Shown: positions 43,740 to 53,587 of the stretch, piece by piece
How positions within the stretch are numbered: position 1 is the stretch's first letter
Layout of the letters: each line of letters starts with the position of its first letter
Assembly: GCA_963664305.2 (NCBI GenBank)
Contig: CAXXLV010000002.1
Span: 1,696,001 to 1,760,000 of the forward strand
Source: an uncultured Aliarcobacter sp.
GTDB taxonomy: Bacteria; Campylobacterota; Campylobacteria; Campylobacterales; Arcobacteraceae
DNA length: 64,000 nucleotides
Direction of reading: 5' to 3'
The notes under the pieces: model-generated
What the model saw: only the letters and a program-made list of their open reading frames with translations
Database searches by the model: none
What the model was told of the DNA's origin: nothing
Made by a program: the position numbers and the translations under genes

Positions 43740-44492
43740 ATGCAAGAATATATCGCAAAAGATAGTATTTCCAAAGAAATTTTAAACTCAGCAAAACTTT
43801 TACAAGCAGTAGAAGTAAATGCTTTAATTCTTGGAGAAAATGGTGTTGGGAAAAAATCTTTAGCTAAATATATTTTACCCCAGTCTGAAATTTATGATGC
43901 AAAAAGTCTTCAAAAAGATATCATGGATGATGTATTAACTTTACAAAATGAAGCTATTATTATTGATAAAATAAATGAAATCACAAATATAGACTTATTT
44001 TTAAAATGGATAGAAGAAAATTCAATAAGAATTATTGCTATTTCACCTACTGAAAATCTAAATCAAAAATTAAAAGATATTTTCTCTATTAATTTAGAAA
44101 TTCCAATTTTAAGTAAAAGAGAAGAAGATACAAAAGCTTTAGTAAATAAATTTTCTCAAGAAGCTAGTTCTATTTTAGATATGCCATTAATTCCACAATC
44201 AAAATTAATTATAAATATCTCAAATAACTCTCATAGTTTAAGAAAATCTATCTATTTTTCATATTTATTTGAAACAATTGGGGAACATGAAATTTTAATG
44301 TTTTTAGAAAAATATATAAGTGAAAATTTATATGGAGAAAATTCATATAAAGATTTATCTTATATTTTTGAAGTTCCTTTATTAAAAGCTGCAACAAAAA
44401 AATATAAATCTCAAGTTCAAGTAGCAAAACATTTAGGTTTAAATAGAATTACATTAAGAAAAAAATTGGAAATTTATAAAGATTTATTATGA
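43740..44492 (+). CDS. NtrC-like regulator: degenerate AAA+ domain and Fis-type HTH, no receiver domain
   Basis: Walker A LILGENGVGK, IPILSKREED sensor region, HTH LGLNRITLRKKL; no GAFTGA. Confidence 0.85.
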   Translation: MQEYIAKDSISKEILNSAKLLQAVEVNALILGENGVGKKSLAKYILPQSEIYDAKSLQKDIMDDVLTLQNEAIIIDKINEITNIDLFLKWIEENSIRIIAISPTENLNQKLKDIFSINLEIPILSKREEDTKALVNKFSQEASSILDMPLIPQSKLIINISNNSHSLRKSIYFSYLFETIGEHEILMFLEKYISENLYGENSYKDLSYIFEVPLLKAATKKYKSQVQVAKHLGLNRITLRKKLEIYKDLL

Positions 44493-47029
44493 CAGAACTT
44501 AATATACAAATTGAAGAGTTAATTTCAAATAATGCAACAGACTTTCAAATCTCAAAAGTTTTTAAAACTTATTATAAAAATTATTTAGAATCTATTGATA
44601 CAACTGTTGAAACAACTGGCGGAAAAGATTTTTTCATCAAACACACAAAACACACTGACAAATTTTTAATCCTTTTATACAAATATATCTTAAGAAAAAA
44701 CTTTGGTTCTCATCAACCAATGAGTACATCAATTCCTATTAGTTTAGTTGCTCTTGGATCTTACGGTAGAGAGCAATTATGTATCTATTCAGATATTGAT
44801 ATTATGATTTTATATGAGGATATTAAAGGTTATAATCTAAAAGATATTATGGAAGAGTTTATTACTCTTGCATGGGATTGTGGACTAAAACTTGGTTCTC
44901 GTGTTCATGAATTAAAAGAAATTACAGAAGTTGTAAAAGAAGATATAACTATAAAAAGTTCTATTTTAGAATCAAGAATGATTTATGGTTCAAAAATTTT
45001 ATGGTTTAGATATGAAAATGTTTTAAAAATCGTAAGAAAAACTGGACAAAAAGAGTTTATACTAGAAAAACTTGAAGAACATAAACAAAGATTACTAAAA
45101 TATCCACTAAAAATGGAACCAAATATTAAAGAAGGTTATGGTGGACTTAGAGAAACAAATCTAATGTATTGGATGGCAAATGTCTTATATGGTGTTACAA
45201 ATACTAAAGATTTAATTGGGACTCAATTTACGGAAGAAGAGTATAGAAAATATAGACAAGCTTTAGAATTTATTTTTCAAGTAAGAAATGCTTTACATAA
45301 TATTGCTAGAAAAAAATTAGACCAAGTAACTTTTGATATTTTACCTGATTTAAGTTCTAAACTAGGATTTAAAAATAGTTCAAGATATACAAAAGATAGA
45401 CTTTGTATGTCAAAAATCATCTCTTGTTTACACATAATTCATAACTTTACTGCAACAATGGTAAAAAAATTTACAAGAATTGCTTTTTTTGAAGCATCAA
45501 ATATCTCAAAATTAAAAAAACAAAGATATAAAAAGAATCTTTATATTATTGATAATGAACTTTATTGTTCATTTAGTGCAAAACCTCAATCTTTAAATTA
45601 TATGCTTAAAGAACTTATTGAATTACCAACAAACGTAGAAAAATTTGATAGGTCATATATTTACTATTTAAGTAAAGCTAAACTTCCAAAAGTTCAAACA
45701 AAAGAGTTGAAAAAAACTGTAAAAACACTTTTATGTAAACCTAATTTGTATCCATTAATAAAACTTATTTACAATGCAGGACTGTTTAGAGCTGTTCTTC
45801 CTAGTACTAAAACTATGATTGATTTACCGCAATTTGATGGATATCATAAACATCCTGTTGATATTCACTCTATAAAAACATTAAAATTTTCACAAAATAT
45901 TGAAAATGAACATGTAAAATCAATCTATAATGAATTAACAAATGAACAAAAAATTCTTGTAAGATTGGTATCTTTTTTCCATGATATTGGAAAAGGAAGA
46001 AAAGAGGATCATCATATTGTAGGAGAAAAACTATTTAAAAGTATGATGAAGTCATTTGATTTTGATGAAGAATTTATTAAAATTGGTGCAAATTTAGTTA
46101 GATATCACAATATGATGTCATACATGGCAACGCATGAAGATATTTATTCTGAAAAAACTATTTTAAACTTTACAGGGCTTATTAAAACAAAAGAGTCTTT
46201 AAATATGCTATATGTGATAACTTATTGTGATATTTCAGCTGTTGCAAAAAATATTTTCAATAGCTCTATTTCATCACTATTAAGACAGTTATATTATCAA
46301 TCATTACCAGCATTTGAAGATGAAGAATTTTTAAATGAAAGTAAAAGAAGAATTGCTAAACAAAATACAATTAAAAATCTTGAAAGATACAAAGAACTAC
46401 CTACAATTTTACAAAAGAAAATTATGTATATAGCTTCAAACCAAATCTTTTTAAGATTAAAAGCAGAAGATATTTTAGATATTGCGATTAAAGCAAAAGA
46501 TGTTGATACGTATATTTATAAAATTACAAATGAGCCTCAATTAACTATTAGAATTATTAGAAAATCTCCTCTAAATCTTGGTTATTTATTGGGTAAATTA
46601 GAGTTTTTAAATATTGCATATATGAATATTTTTAAATTGTATGATAATAAAAAAGCTTTTGAAATTTCTTTTTCAGAAAAAGTTGACAATGAAGATATTT
46701 ATTTTATTGAAGAGATTATAAAAGACTCTTTTGATATGAATAAAACAACAAATTTATTAACTCCAATTATTAAAAAAGAGAACATAAAAATAGATTGTAA
46801 CCATACAGCATATCTAGCTTCTATGCATATTGTGGCAAAAGACCAAAAAGGTTTATTTGCTTATATTGCTAAAATTTTTGATGATTTTAATGTTGAAATA
46901 GAGAGTGCAAAACTTCACACACTTAAAGGTTATGCAAGAGATTTAATTTTGATTGAGAAAAATGGAAATTTCTGTTCAAATCAAGATGAAATTGTAAATC
47001 TTATGTGTAGAGGTGATAAAACAGAATAA
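44489..47029 (+). CDS. glnD: PII uridylyltransferase / uridylyl-removing enzyme
   Basis: ALGSYGREQL..SDIDI, EPNIKEGYGGLR, QFDGYH, HDIGKGR HD domain, C-terminal ACT domain (DQKGL). Confidence 0.93.
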   Translation: MTELNIQIEELISNNATDFQISKVFKTYYKNYLESIDTTVETTGGKDFFIKHTKHTDKFLILLYKYILRKNFGSHQPMSTSIPISLVALGSYGREQLCIYSDIDIMILYEDIKGYNLKDIMEEFITLAWDCGLKLGSRVHELKEITEVVKEDITIKSSILESRMIYGSKILWFRYENVLKIVRKTGQKEFILEKLEEHKQRLLKYPLKMEPNIKEGYGGLRETNLMYWMANVLYGVTNTKDLIGTQFTEEEYRKYRQALEFIFQVRNALHNIARKKLDQVTFDILPDLSSKLGFKNSSRYTKDRLCMSKIISCLHIIHNFTATMVKKFTRIAFFEASNISKLKKQRYKKNLYIIDNELYCSFSAKPQSLNYMLKELIELPTNVEKFDRSYIYYLSKAKLPKVQTKELKKTVKTLLCKPNLYPLIKLIYNAGLFRAVLPSTKTMIDLPQFDGYHKHPVDIHSIKTLKFSQNIENEHVKSIYNELTNEQKILVRLVSFFHDIGKGRKEDHHIVGEKLFKSMMKSFDFDEEFIKIGANLVRYHNMMSYMATHEDIYSEKTILNFTGLIKTKESLNMLYVITYCDISAVAKNIFNSSISSLLRQLYYQSLPAFEDEEFLNESKRRIAKQNTIKNLERYKELPTILQKKIMYIASNQIFLRLKAEDILDIAIKAKDVDTYIYKITNEPQLTIRIIRKSPLNLGYLLGKLEFLNIAYMNIFKLYDNKKAFEISFSEKVDNEDIYFIEEIIKDSFDMNKTTNLLTPIIKKENIKIDCNHTAYLASMHIVAKDQKGLFAYIAKIFDDFNVEIESAKLHTLKGYARDLILIEKNGNFCSNQDEIVNLMCRGDKTE

Positions 47030-47040
47030 AAACTGTTTTA

Positions 47041-47784
47041 TTATGCGCCTCTTCCGAAACAAAATCCTCCACCTAAACTACTTTTTTCACCTAAACCAAC
47101 AGCAAGTGATAAAAAAGCTAGTTTTTGTGATATTTCATCTTTATTAGGTACTATTCTTAATTTATTCCCTATTAATCTTACAATTCTTTCTTTACTATTT
47201 TTAGTAGTTTTAAAATATATTGATTGAGGTTTTTCATTTTTTAATTCAATTTCTTGAATAAAATTATTTGAATCATTAACCTCTTCTTTATAAAATTGTT
47301 TTAACTTCTTTTCTAAATTATTTTGAAGTCTTTTTTGTAAAGATAAAATATCACCATTATAATATAGTGACCAAAATAGTTGTCTACCTTCAGAATCTCT
47401 TCTATCAGAAACAATAACAGGTGATGCACTATATAACTCTTTGATAAAATATTGTTCTATCTCTTTTTTTTCTACATTTATTACTTGTAAAAAGTTATTA
47501 TTTACATTTTGATAAAGTAAAATTTCTAATTCGTTTATTAATTCTTTATCAATACTTCTGATTACAAATTTATAAACTTTGTCTTTTTTATAAATTCTAT
47601 CACTCTCTGTTGGATAGAAGTTCCCAAAACAGTAATTATTCATAGATTTATCTTTATTTTCTAAATCTAATTTTTTACTTTGGTATATAGAAAAATTTAT
47701 ATATTTTGATAAAACATCAAAACTCTCTTTTAATTCTATAAAATCTTTTAAATATGCTTCGCATTTTAGTTCAAATAAAGTCAT
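47041..47784 (-). CDS. cas6: Solitary CRISPR-associated endoribonuclease Cas6 family protein
   Basis: YCFGN..Y.FVIRS N-terminal RAMP motifs, SPVIV, C-terminal glycine loop GLGEKSSLGGGF. Confidence 0.85.
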   Translation of the reverse strand: MTLFELKCEAYLKDFIELKESFDVLSKYINFSIYQSKKLDLENKDKSMNNYCFGNFYPTESDRIYKKDKVYKFVIRSIDKELINELEILLYQNVNNNFLQVINVEKKEIEQYFIKELYSASPVIVSDRRDSEGRQLFWSLYYNGDILSLQKRLQNNLEKKLKQFYKEEVNDSNNFIQEIELKNEKPQSIYFKTTKNSKERIVRLIGNKLRIVPNKDEISQKLAFLSLAVGLGEKSSLGGGFCFGRGA

Positions 47785-47821
47785 TTACAACTCTTTGTTA
47801 CAATTTATTTACAAAGTAAAA

Positions 47822-47853
47822 ATTCTAACAAACAAATGACTCGCAAATGACTC
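47822..47853 (-). promoter_or_regulatory. Extended -10 (TGnTAGAAT) plus tandem direct repeat GAGTCATTTG-C-GAGTCATTTG
   Basis: -10 at 47822-47827; CAAATGACTC at 47833-47842 and 47844-47853 on the plus strand. Confidence 0.65.
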
Positions 47854-47874
47854 TTTTTTAAATTTTGAAAATTA

Positions 47875-50800
47875 TTACTCTCTAGCTTTTAATTTTGCTG
47901 CATTAAAATCTTTTTTCCCACTACCAAGTTTTGGTATTTCATTAACAATTTTTATATCAGTTGGAATCATTAATTTATTTTCAAAATTCTTCAAAATTTT
48001 GTCTTTTAATATTAAAAGATACTCTTCATTTACATGAGAGATTAACAATACTATTTTTTCACCTTTTTTTTCATCTTCAACACTTGTAACAATAAAATCA
48101 ACTAAACTATCATCTTTCAAATCTAATAATCTTGAAATCTTCTCTTCAATAGCACCAAGACTTATCATCTCTCCACCAAGTTTAGCGAATCGTGAATATC
48201 TATCAACTATAGTTAAAAAACCATCTTCATCTATTTTTCCCTTATCTCCAGTTATATAATAAGTTTTTCCTTTTATAGTTTTTAAAACTTCTTTTGTTTT
48301 TTCTTCATTTTTTAGGTATCCCTTCATTACTTGAATACCTGAAATTAAAATCATTCCTTCTTCATTTGGTTCTAATTCTTTATATGTTTCTGGATTTACA
48401 ATTTTAATTGTTGTTCCTGGAATTGCCATACCAACTGTTCCAGTTTTCTGCCCAACTTGAACAGTAAAATCTGAAGCTAAAACATCAGGAAGATTACAAC
48501 TTGCAACCGGTGAAGTTTCAGTTGCACCAAAACCTTCAAGAATATCTTTTCCAAATCTTTTTTTGAATTCAAATTTTACATCTTCTCTTAATTTTTCAGC
48601 ACCTGCAACTACAAGTCTTAAACTCTCAAACATTAAAGGATGAATTTTTTGATTTTTTGCATATAATCTAAAGAAAGTTGAAGTTCCGCACATAATTGTT
48701 GCTTTATACGAACTAACTAATTTTGCTATTCCCAGACCATCTGTTGGGTCTGGATGTGCAACACATTTTATACCTTCAATTAACGGTAAATATGTTGTAA
48801 CTACTATTCCAAAAGCATGAAATAATGGTAAAGAACCAACTATTGTATCTTCATTACTTACATTTATAATATTTGCAATTTGTTGTGCATTTCCTAAAAT
48901 ATTATCTCCACTTAGTTCTACACCTTTTGGTTTCCCTTCACTTCCAGAAGAGAACAATATCATCACCGTGTCATCTTTATTTGTTTTTGTTAAATGTATC
49001 AATTTTAAAATACAATTTGGTAAGAACTTAACACTTAAATATGTAAATAAGCCTTTATTTTTAGAAATCTTAGTTTTTAATTCCTCTAAATAAATTACCT
49101 CAACCAATTCTAAAATCTCTTTTATATTTATACCTTTTGATTCAAGTTTTTCAACAAACTTTTTTGAAGCTATTATTGTTTTTATTTCTGCTAATTCTAT
49201 AGAAGATTTTAAAGAGTTTATCTCACTTGTATAGTTTAGATTTATTGCTGTTTTTCCCATCATTAATACTGTGTAATTTATAAATGCACCACTTGCAGTC
49301 GAAGGAACTAACAGACCTATATTTTGACCTTTTATCTCTTTTTTTAATAAATCTTTAAAAAGTATTGAAGCAGTTAAAAACTTACTTCCTGTCATCTCTA
49401 AGCCTGTTGAGTCAGCAAAAACAATCTCTGAAGAAACTTCTTTTAATCTATCAAATATAGTTTCATTTAAAGGTTTTAGATTTCTTATATGCTCTTTCCA
49501 AGATTTTGAAGAAAGTTCGAAAACTTCTTTTTTTATACTAACAATATTTGCTCTTTCTTTCGTCATACTTCTTGCAAAAGATACCGTAACACTATTAGTT
49601 TTCTTTGATTTTTTGAACTTTTTATTAGCTCTACTAAACATAGATTCCCAAAGTCCTCTAATATAAAAAGGTATTACTTTTATCTCTGTTTGTGTTAATT
49701 CTAATACTTTTTCAAAACCTTTTTTAAACTCACCTAAATGCCCATTTCTTGTAATACTTCCTTCAGGGAAAAGTACAACAACACTACCATTGTCCAACTC
49801 ATTTGCAATAAGTTGAATAGTTGATTTACTTGAAGCATTTGATATAGGAATTGCTTTAAACATTTTTAATATCCAATTAATATACCATTTACTATAAATT
49901 GTTTTATCCATAACAAACTTAACTTCTCTTGGAACAGCCATTAATATAATTGCCCAATCAAGCCAAGAAATGTGATTTCCTAAAAGTAAAACTCCTCCTG
50001 ATGAAGGTATATTTTTTATTCCATCAACTTCTAATTTATATTTTAATCCCACAATACTTTTTAAGAATAGCAAAATCAAAGATTGAGGTAATTTATAAAT
50101 TGTATATGCTGTTCCTATTACAATTATTAGCAATATTAAATATATAGTTTTTAATGGATCTAAATCAAAATAAGATACGATTGTTGTCATACAAAGCATC
50201 AAAAACATTGATAAAGAGTGAAACCAATTATTACCTGCTAATATTGTTCCTAAAACTTTTTTCTTTGCATTAAATTGAATTAGAGCATTTAAAGGAACAA
50301 CAAACATTCCACCAAAAACTCCAAACATCAAAAATGAAATTGCCAATAAAAATGGAGTTTGAACAACTGTTGAAACATATAAAGAAAATGCCATACCAAA
50401 AGATGCTAAAGGAATAGTTCCTACTTCAATATAATGTTTTGATATTCTTGAATATAATACTGAACCTATAGCTATTCCAATTCCAGAAGCTGCAATTACA
50501 CCATTTATTAAAAATACATCTGTAATATTTAAATATTGTTTTACAAAAGATGGAAAAACTGCCATTGTAGCTTGAGAAACTCCCCAAAATACAGATAAAC
50601 CTATAACTGATAAAAAAATCACATCATGTGAAAAAATCGTTCTTATATTTTTAACTAATAACTTACCTTTAAAAAATTCATCTTTGTCTAAAGTCAAATT
50701 TTCATCTTTTACATAAACTGTATTTATTCTTCTTAAAAATAAAAATGAAACAACCATTTCTAAAAAAGCAACTGGTAATATATAGTAAGTCAATGGCAAA

Positions 50801-51354
50801 ATTGCAGTTAATAGTTCTTCTTTTGAAGTTAAATTTTGAAGATTATTTATATTGTAAAAGTTTTCAAAAACAAAAGAGGCAACTCCAATTGAAAATAATA
50901 TAGCAATTATTGAAATTGCTTGTAAAGCTGCATTTCCTCGTGAAAGATTTTTTTTGCCATAAATATCAAGAATAAGACCAAATTTTGCAGGACTATAAAT
51001 AGCACTTTGAACAGCTAATAAAACTAAAGAAAACATTGCAAAATAGAAATTCTCACTCATATATGAAATTATCATCAAAACTGATAATAAAAAAGATGAT
51101 AAAGCCCCATAAACCATAATATTCTTTTTATTATATTTATCAGACAAATATCCACTTAGAGTAAATAGAAGTAAAAAAGGAATTATAATCATTGCATTGA
51201 TTATTGAAATCCAAATTACTTGTGTTGTTCCATCAAAAACTTTAAAAGCTATATTTTGTAATAAAACTTTGTGAGCAACATCAACAACAGCATTACAAAA
51301 AACTACAAATAAAAATGCAATTTTTATTGATAAAAGATTATTTATTTTTGTCAT
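47875..51354 (-). CDS. aas: Aas-type fusion: LplT-like MFS + acyltransferase + acyl-ACP synthetase
   Basis: QSAIYSPAK MFS motif, NHISWLD/FPEG acyltransferase, FSSGSEGKPKG and EGFGATETSP AMP-binding motifs. Confidence 0.93.
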   Translation of the reverse strand: MTKINNLLSIKIAFLFVVFCNAVVDVAHKVLLQNIAFKVFDGTTQVIWISIINAMIIIPFLLLFTLSGYLSDKYNKKNIMVYGALSSFLLSVLMIISYMSENFYFAMFSLVLLAVQSAIYSPAKFGLILDIYGKKNLSRGNAALQAISIIAILFSIGVASFVFENFYNINNLQNLTSKEELLTAILPLTYYILPVAFLEMVVSFLFLRRINTVYVKDENLTLDKDEFFKGKLLVKNIRTIFSHDVIFLSVIGLSVFWGVSQATMAVFPSFVKQYLNITDVFLINGVIAASGIGIAIGSVLYSRISKHYIEVGTIPLASFGMAFSLYVSTVVQTPFLLAISFLMFGVFGGMFVVPLNALIQFNAKKKVLGTILAGNNWFHSLSMFLMLCMTTIVSYFDLDPLKTIYLILLIIVIGTAYTIYKLPQSLILLFLKSIVGLKYKLEVDGIKNIPSSGGVLLLGNHISWLDWAIILMAVPREVKFVMDKTIYSKWYINWILKMFKAIPISNASSKSTIQLIANELDNGSVVVLFPEGSITRNGHLGEFKKGFEKVLELTQTEIKVIPFYIRGLWESMFSRANKKFKKSKKTNSVTVSFARSMTKERANIVSIKKEVFELSSKSWKEHIRNLKPLNETIFDRLKEVSSEIVFADSTGLEMTGSKFLTASILFKDLLKKEIKGQNIGLLVPSTASGAFINYTVLMMGKTAINLNYTSEINSLKSSIELAEIKTIIASKKFVEKLESKGINIKEILELVEVIYLEELKTKISKNKGLFTYLSVKFLPNCILKLIHLTKTNKDDTVMILFSSGSEGKPKGVELSGDNILGNAQQIANIINVSNEDTIVGSLPLFHAFGIVVTTYLPLIEGIKCVAHPDPTDGLGIAKLVSSYKATIMCGTSTFFRLYAKNQKIHPLMFESLRLVVAGAEKLREDVKFEFKKRFGKDILEGFGATETSPVASCNLPDVLASDFTVQVGQKTGTVGMAIPGTTIKIVNPETYKELEPNEEGMILISGIQVMKGYLKNEEKTKEVLKTIKGKTYYITGDKGKIDEDGFLTIVDRYSRFAKLGGEMISLGAIEEKISRLLDLKDDSLVDFIVTSVEDEKKGEKIVLLISHVNEEYLLILKDKILKNFENKLMIPTDIKIVNEIPKLGSGKKDFNAAKLKARE

Positions 51355-51366
51355 TAGTTATCCTTT

Positions 51367-51993
51367 TTAATTAAATTGATTTAAATTTGTTTCAAAAAAT
51401 TCTTTTAAATTTTCATTTAATATTTGAGAATTTTCTGGAATACTGATTTGCTCACCTATAAATACTTGACAATTAAAAGGAACAAATAAAGCTTCTCCTT
51501 TTGGTAAAGAATTACCTAAACCTTGCATTGCTATAGGAGTAATAGGTATATCTTTTTTATCTTTTAATAAATAATATAACCCTTTTTTTAATCTTGTCAT
51601 TTGTTCTGGTTTTCCCCTACTTCCTTCTGGAAATAATATTAAAATATCTCCATTATCTAAAGCTTCATGTGGCTTTTTAAATAACTCTTCTTGAGAACTC
51701 GCACCCGTTCTATCTAAAGGAATTATTCCTATACAATAAGTTGAAATCCAAGATATAAATTTATTTCTCATAAAATAATCTGCTGCTGCAACTGGACGAA
51801 TTTTATCTATCATAGACAAAGGATATAGACTCATAATTACTAAAGTATCTAAATGACTATTATGATTAGGAGTAATAACAGCACCACCCTTTAAAGGTAG
51901 ATTTTCTCTTCCTCTAATATTTAATCCTAAAATAACAAATACAATAGGTTTTACTATAAAAGCAAAAAATAAAATTTTAATAACTCTTTTCAT
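51367..51993 (-). CDS. Lysophospholipid acyltransferase (PlsC family)
   Basis: NHNSHLD and FPEGSRG motifs. Confidence 0.92.
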   Translation of the reverse strand: MKRVIKILFFAFIVKPIVFVILGLNIRGRENLPLKGGAVITPNHNSHLDTLVIMSLYPLSMIDKIRPVAAADYFMRNKFISWISTYCIGIIPLDRTGASSQEELFKKPHEALDNGDILILFPEGSRGKPEQMTRLKKGLYYLLKDKKDIPITPIAMQGLGNSLPKGEALFVPFNCQVFIGEQISIPENSQILNENLKEFFETNLNQFN

Positions 51994-51994
51994 A

Positions 51995-52927
51995 TTAATA
52001 ACTCACATAATATAAGAAATGGAAAAATGCTGGTGCTGTATACATTAAACTATCTATTCTATCTAAAATTCCACCATGACCAGGGATAAATGTACCTGTA
52101 TCTTTTATTCCGATATCTCTTTTTACACTTGAGATTACAACATCTCCAAAAAATCCGATACAAGATATAATAAATCCTGCCATAAATCCATAAGACATAT
52201 CTAAAGGTGTTAAATAAGGAGCTATTATTCCAGAGATTAAAGTAACACTAAAAACTCCACCTAAAAAACCTTCCCATGTTTTATTTGGACTAACTTTTGG
52301 AATAATCTTATGTTTTCCAAATAATTTTCCAAAAACATATTGAGAAACGTCATTAAACTGTGTCATTATCAATAAAAATAAAACTGGACCAATATTCCCA
52401 GCTAAACTATTATGAACTGGCAATGCCATAAGATAAGCTATATGACTTATACTAAAAACTGTTAACATTGTTGCCCATTGAATTATACTTGCTGATTTTA
52501 TAAAACCACTTGTTTCTCCAATCAAAACTAATCTTATAGGTATAAATAAAAACAGATAAACAGGAATGAAAATTATAAACATTCCATACCAACCAATACT
52601 AATCCAATAATATTGTAAAGGTATAGATAAATAAGCCCAAAAAATAGCTCTTCTATCTACATATCTAACAGAAACAATTGATAAAAACTCTTTTAAAGCT
52701 AAAAATGATAAAAAAGCAAAAAATATTAAAGCCGATTTTAGACTAATACTTAATGCTAAAAAAACAATAGCAATCATCCACCACCAAGATTTTATTCTTA
52801 ATCCTAATTCATTAAAATCCTTATTTGGATTTTTAACTTTTTTGTATTGATATATCAAAGTTGATATAACTAAAACAACAATGGTAAAAGCCATTGCATA
52901 CAATGAATTTTGTGCAATATCAAACAT
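51995..52927 (-). CDS. Phosphatidate cytidylyltransferase family (YnbB-like)
   Basis: VSPNKTWEG, KRDIGIKD, IPGHGGILDRIDS motifs. Confidence 0.93.
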   Translation of the reverse strand: MFDIAQNSLYAMAFTIVVLVISTLIYQYKKVKNPNKDFNELGLRIKSWWWMIAIVFLALSISLKSALIFFAFLSFLALKEFLSIVSVRYVDRRAIFWAYLSIPLQYYWISIGWYGMFIIFIPVYLFLFIPIRLVLIGETSGFIKSASIIQWATMLTVFSISHIAYLMALPVHNSLAGNIGPVLFLLIMTQFNDVSQYVFGKLFGKHKIIPKVSPNKTWEGFLGGVFSVTLISGIIAPYLTPLDMSYGFMAGFIISCIGFFGDVVISSVKRDIGIKDTGTFIPGHGGILDRIDSLMYTAPAFFHFLYYVSY

Positions 52928-53574
52928 TATTTTCCTTCTAAAGTGTTGTAAATAGTTTTTATTCTATTGATTATTGTTAAAAATGAACCAATTGTTATGA
53001 TAAATAAAGTAACAGTCAAAATATAATCTGAATTTAAATATGAAAATTCAAATGGAGTTAATATTAAAGCTGTTGTTAAAATTGCCATTCTATGTTGTTT
53101 TGCCATTGGTCCTTTAAAACAACTTCCAGCTTGCATACTTGTACCTAAAACTCTTACATAAGCTGTTAAAGCTGCAAAAAGTGCTGCTAAATATCCAAGT
53201 TCTATTCCAAAAGAAATATTTGTTATTGAATATCCCAAAGCTATAAAAAGTAAACTATCAGAAACTCTATCTGGAATATCATTAAATAACTCCCCTGATT
53301 TTGTACTCTTACCACCTTCAAGTGCAACCATTCCATCAAATAAATTACATAATAACCTCATTTGTATAAATAATGCAGCTAATATTGGAGAAATCCAAAT
53401 AGTAAAAAAATTATCATTTGAAATTAACAATATAAAAATTGAAGCTATAAAAGAAGCAGCTATACTACCTATTGATATTTGATTTGGAGTAATATCTTTT
53501 TTGCTTAAATAACTTGCAAACTTTTGGCTCCAAACACTTCCTCTAACTTTTAATGGTCTTCTATTATCATTCAT
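52927..53574 (-). CDS. CDP-alcohol phosphatidyltransferase family
   Basis: TPNQIS and DGMVA..G..FNDIPDRVSD motifs. Confidence 0.92.
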   Translation of the reverse strand: MNDNRRPLKVRGSVWSQKFASYLSKKDITPNQISIGSIAASFIASIFILLISNDNFFTIWISPILAALFIQMRLLCNLFDGMVALEGGKSTKSGELFNDIPDRVSDSLLFIALGYSITNISFGIELGYLAALFAALTAYVRVLGTSMQAGSCFKGPMAKQHRMAILTTALILTPFEFSYLNSDYILTVTLFIITIGSFLTIINRIKTIYNTLEGK

Positions 53575-53587
53575 ATTCTTTCCTTCT

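Noticed and set aside
43740..44492. Pseudogene of a full-length NtrC
   Set aside because: Frame is intact with SD-like GAGG, promoter and HTH, it is coupled to glnD, and no receiver-domain remnant is visible upstream
47030..47874. CRISPR array or mini-array beside cas6
   Set aside because: Flanks are 11 and 90 nt; the only repeats are 10-bp units with 11-bp period, far too short for repeat-spacer structure
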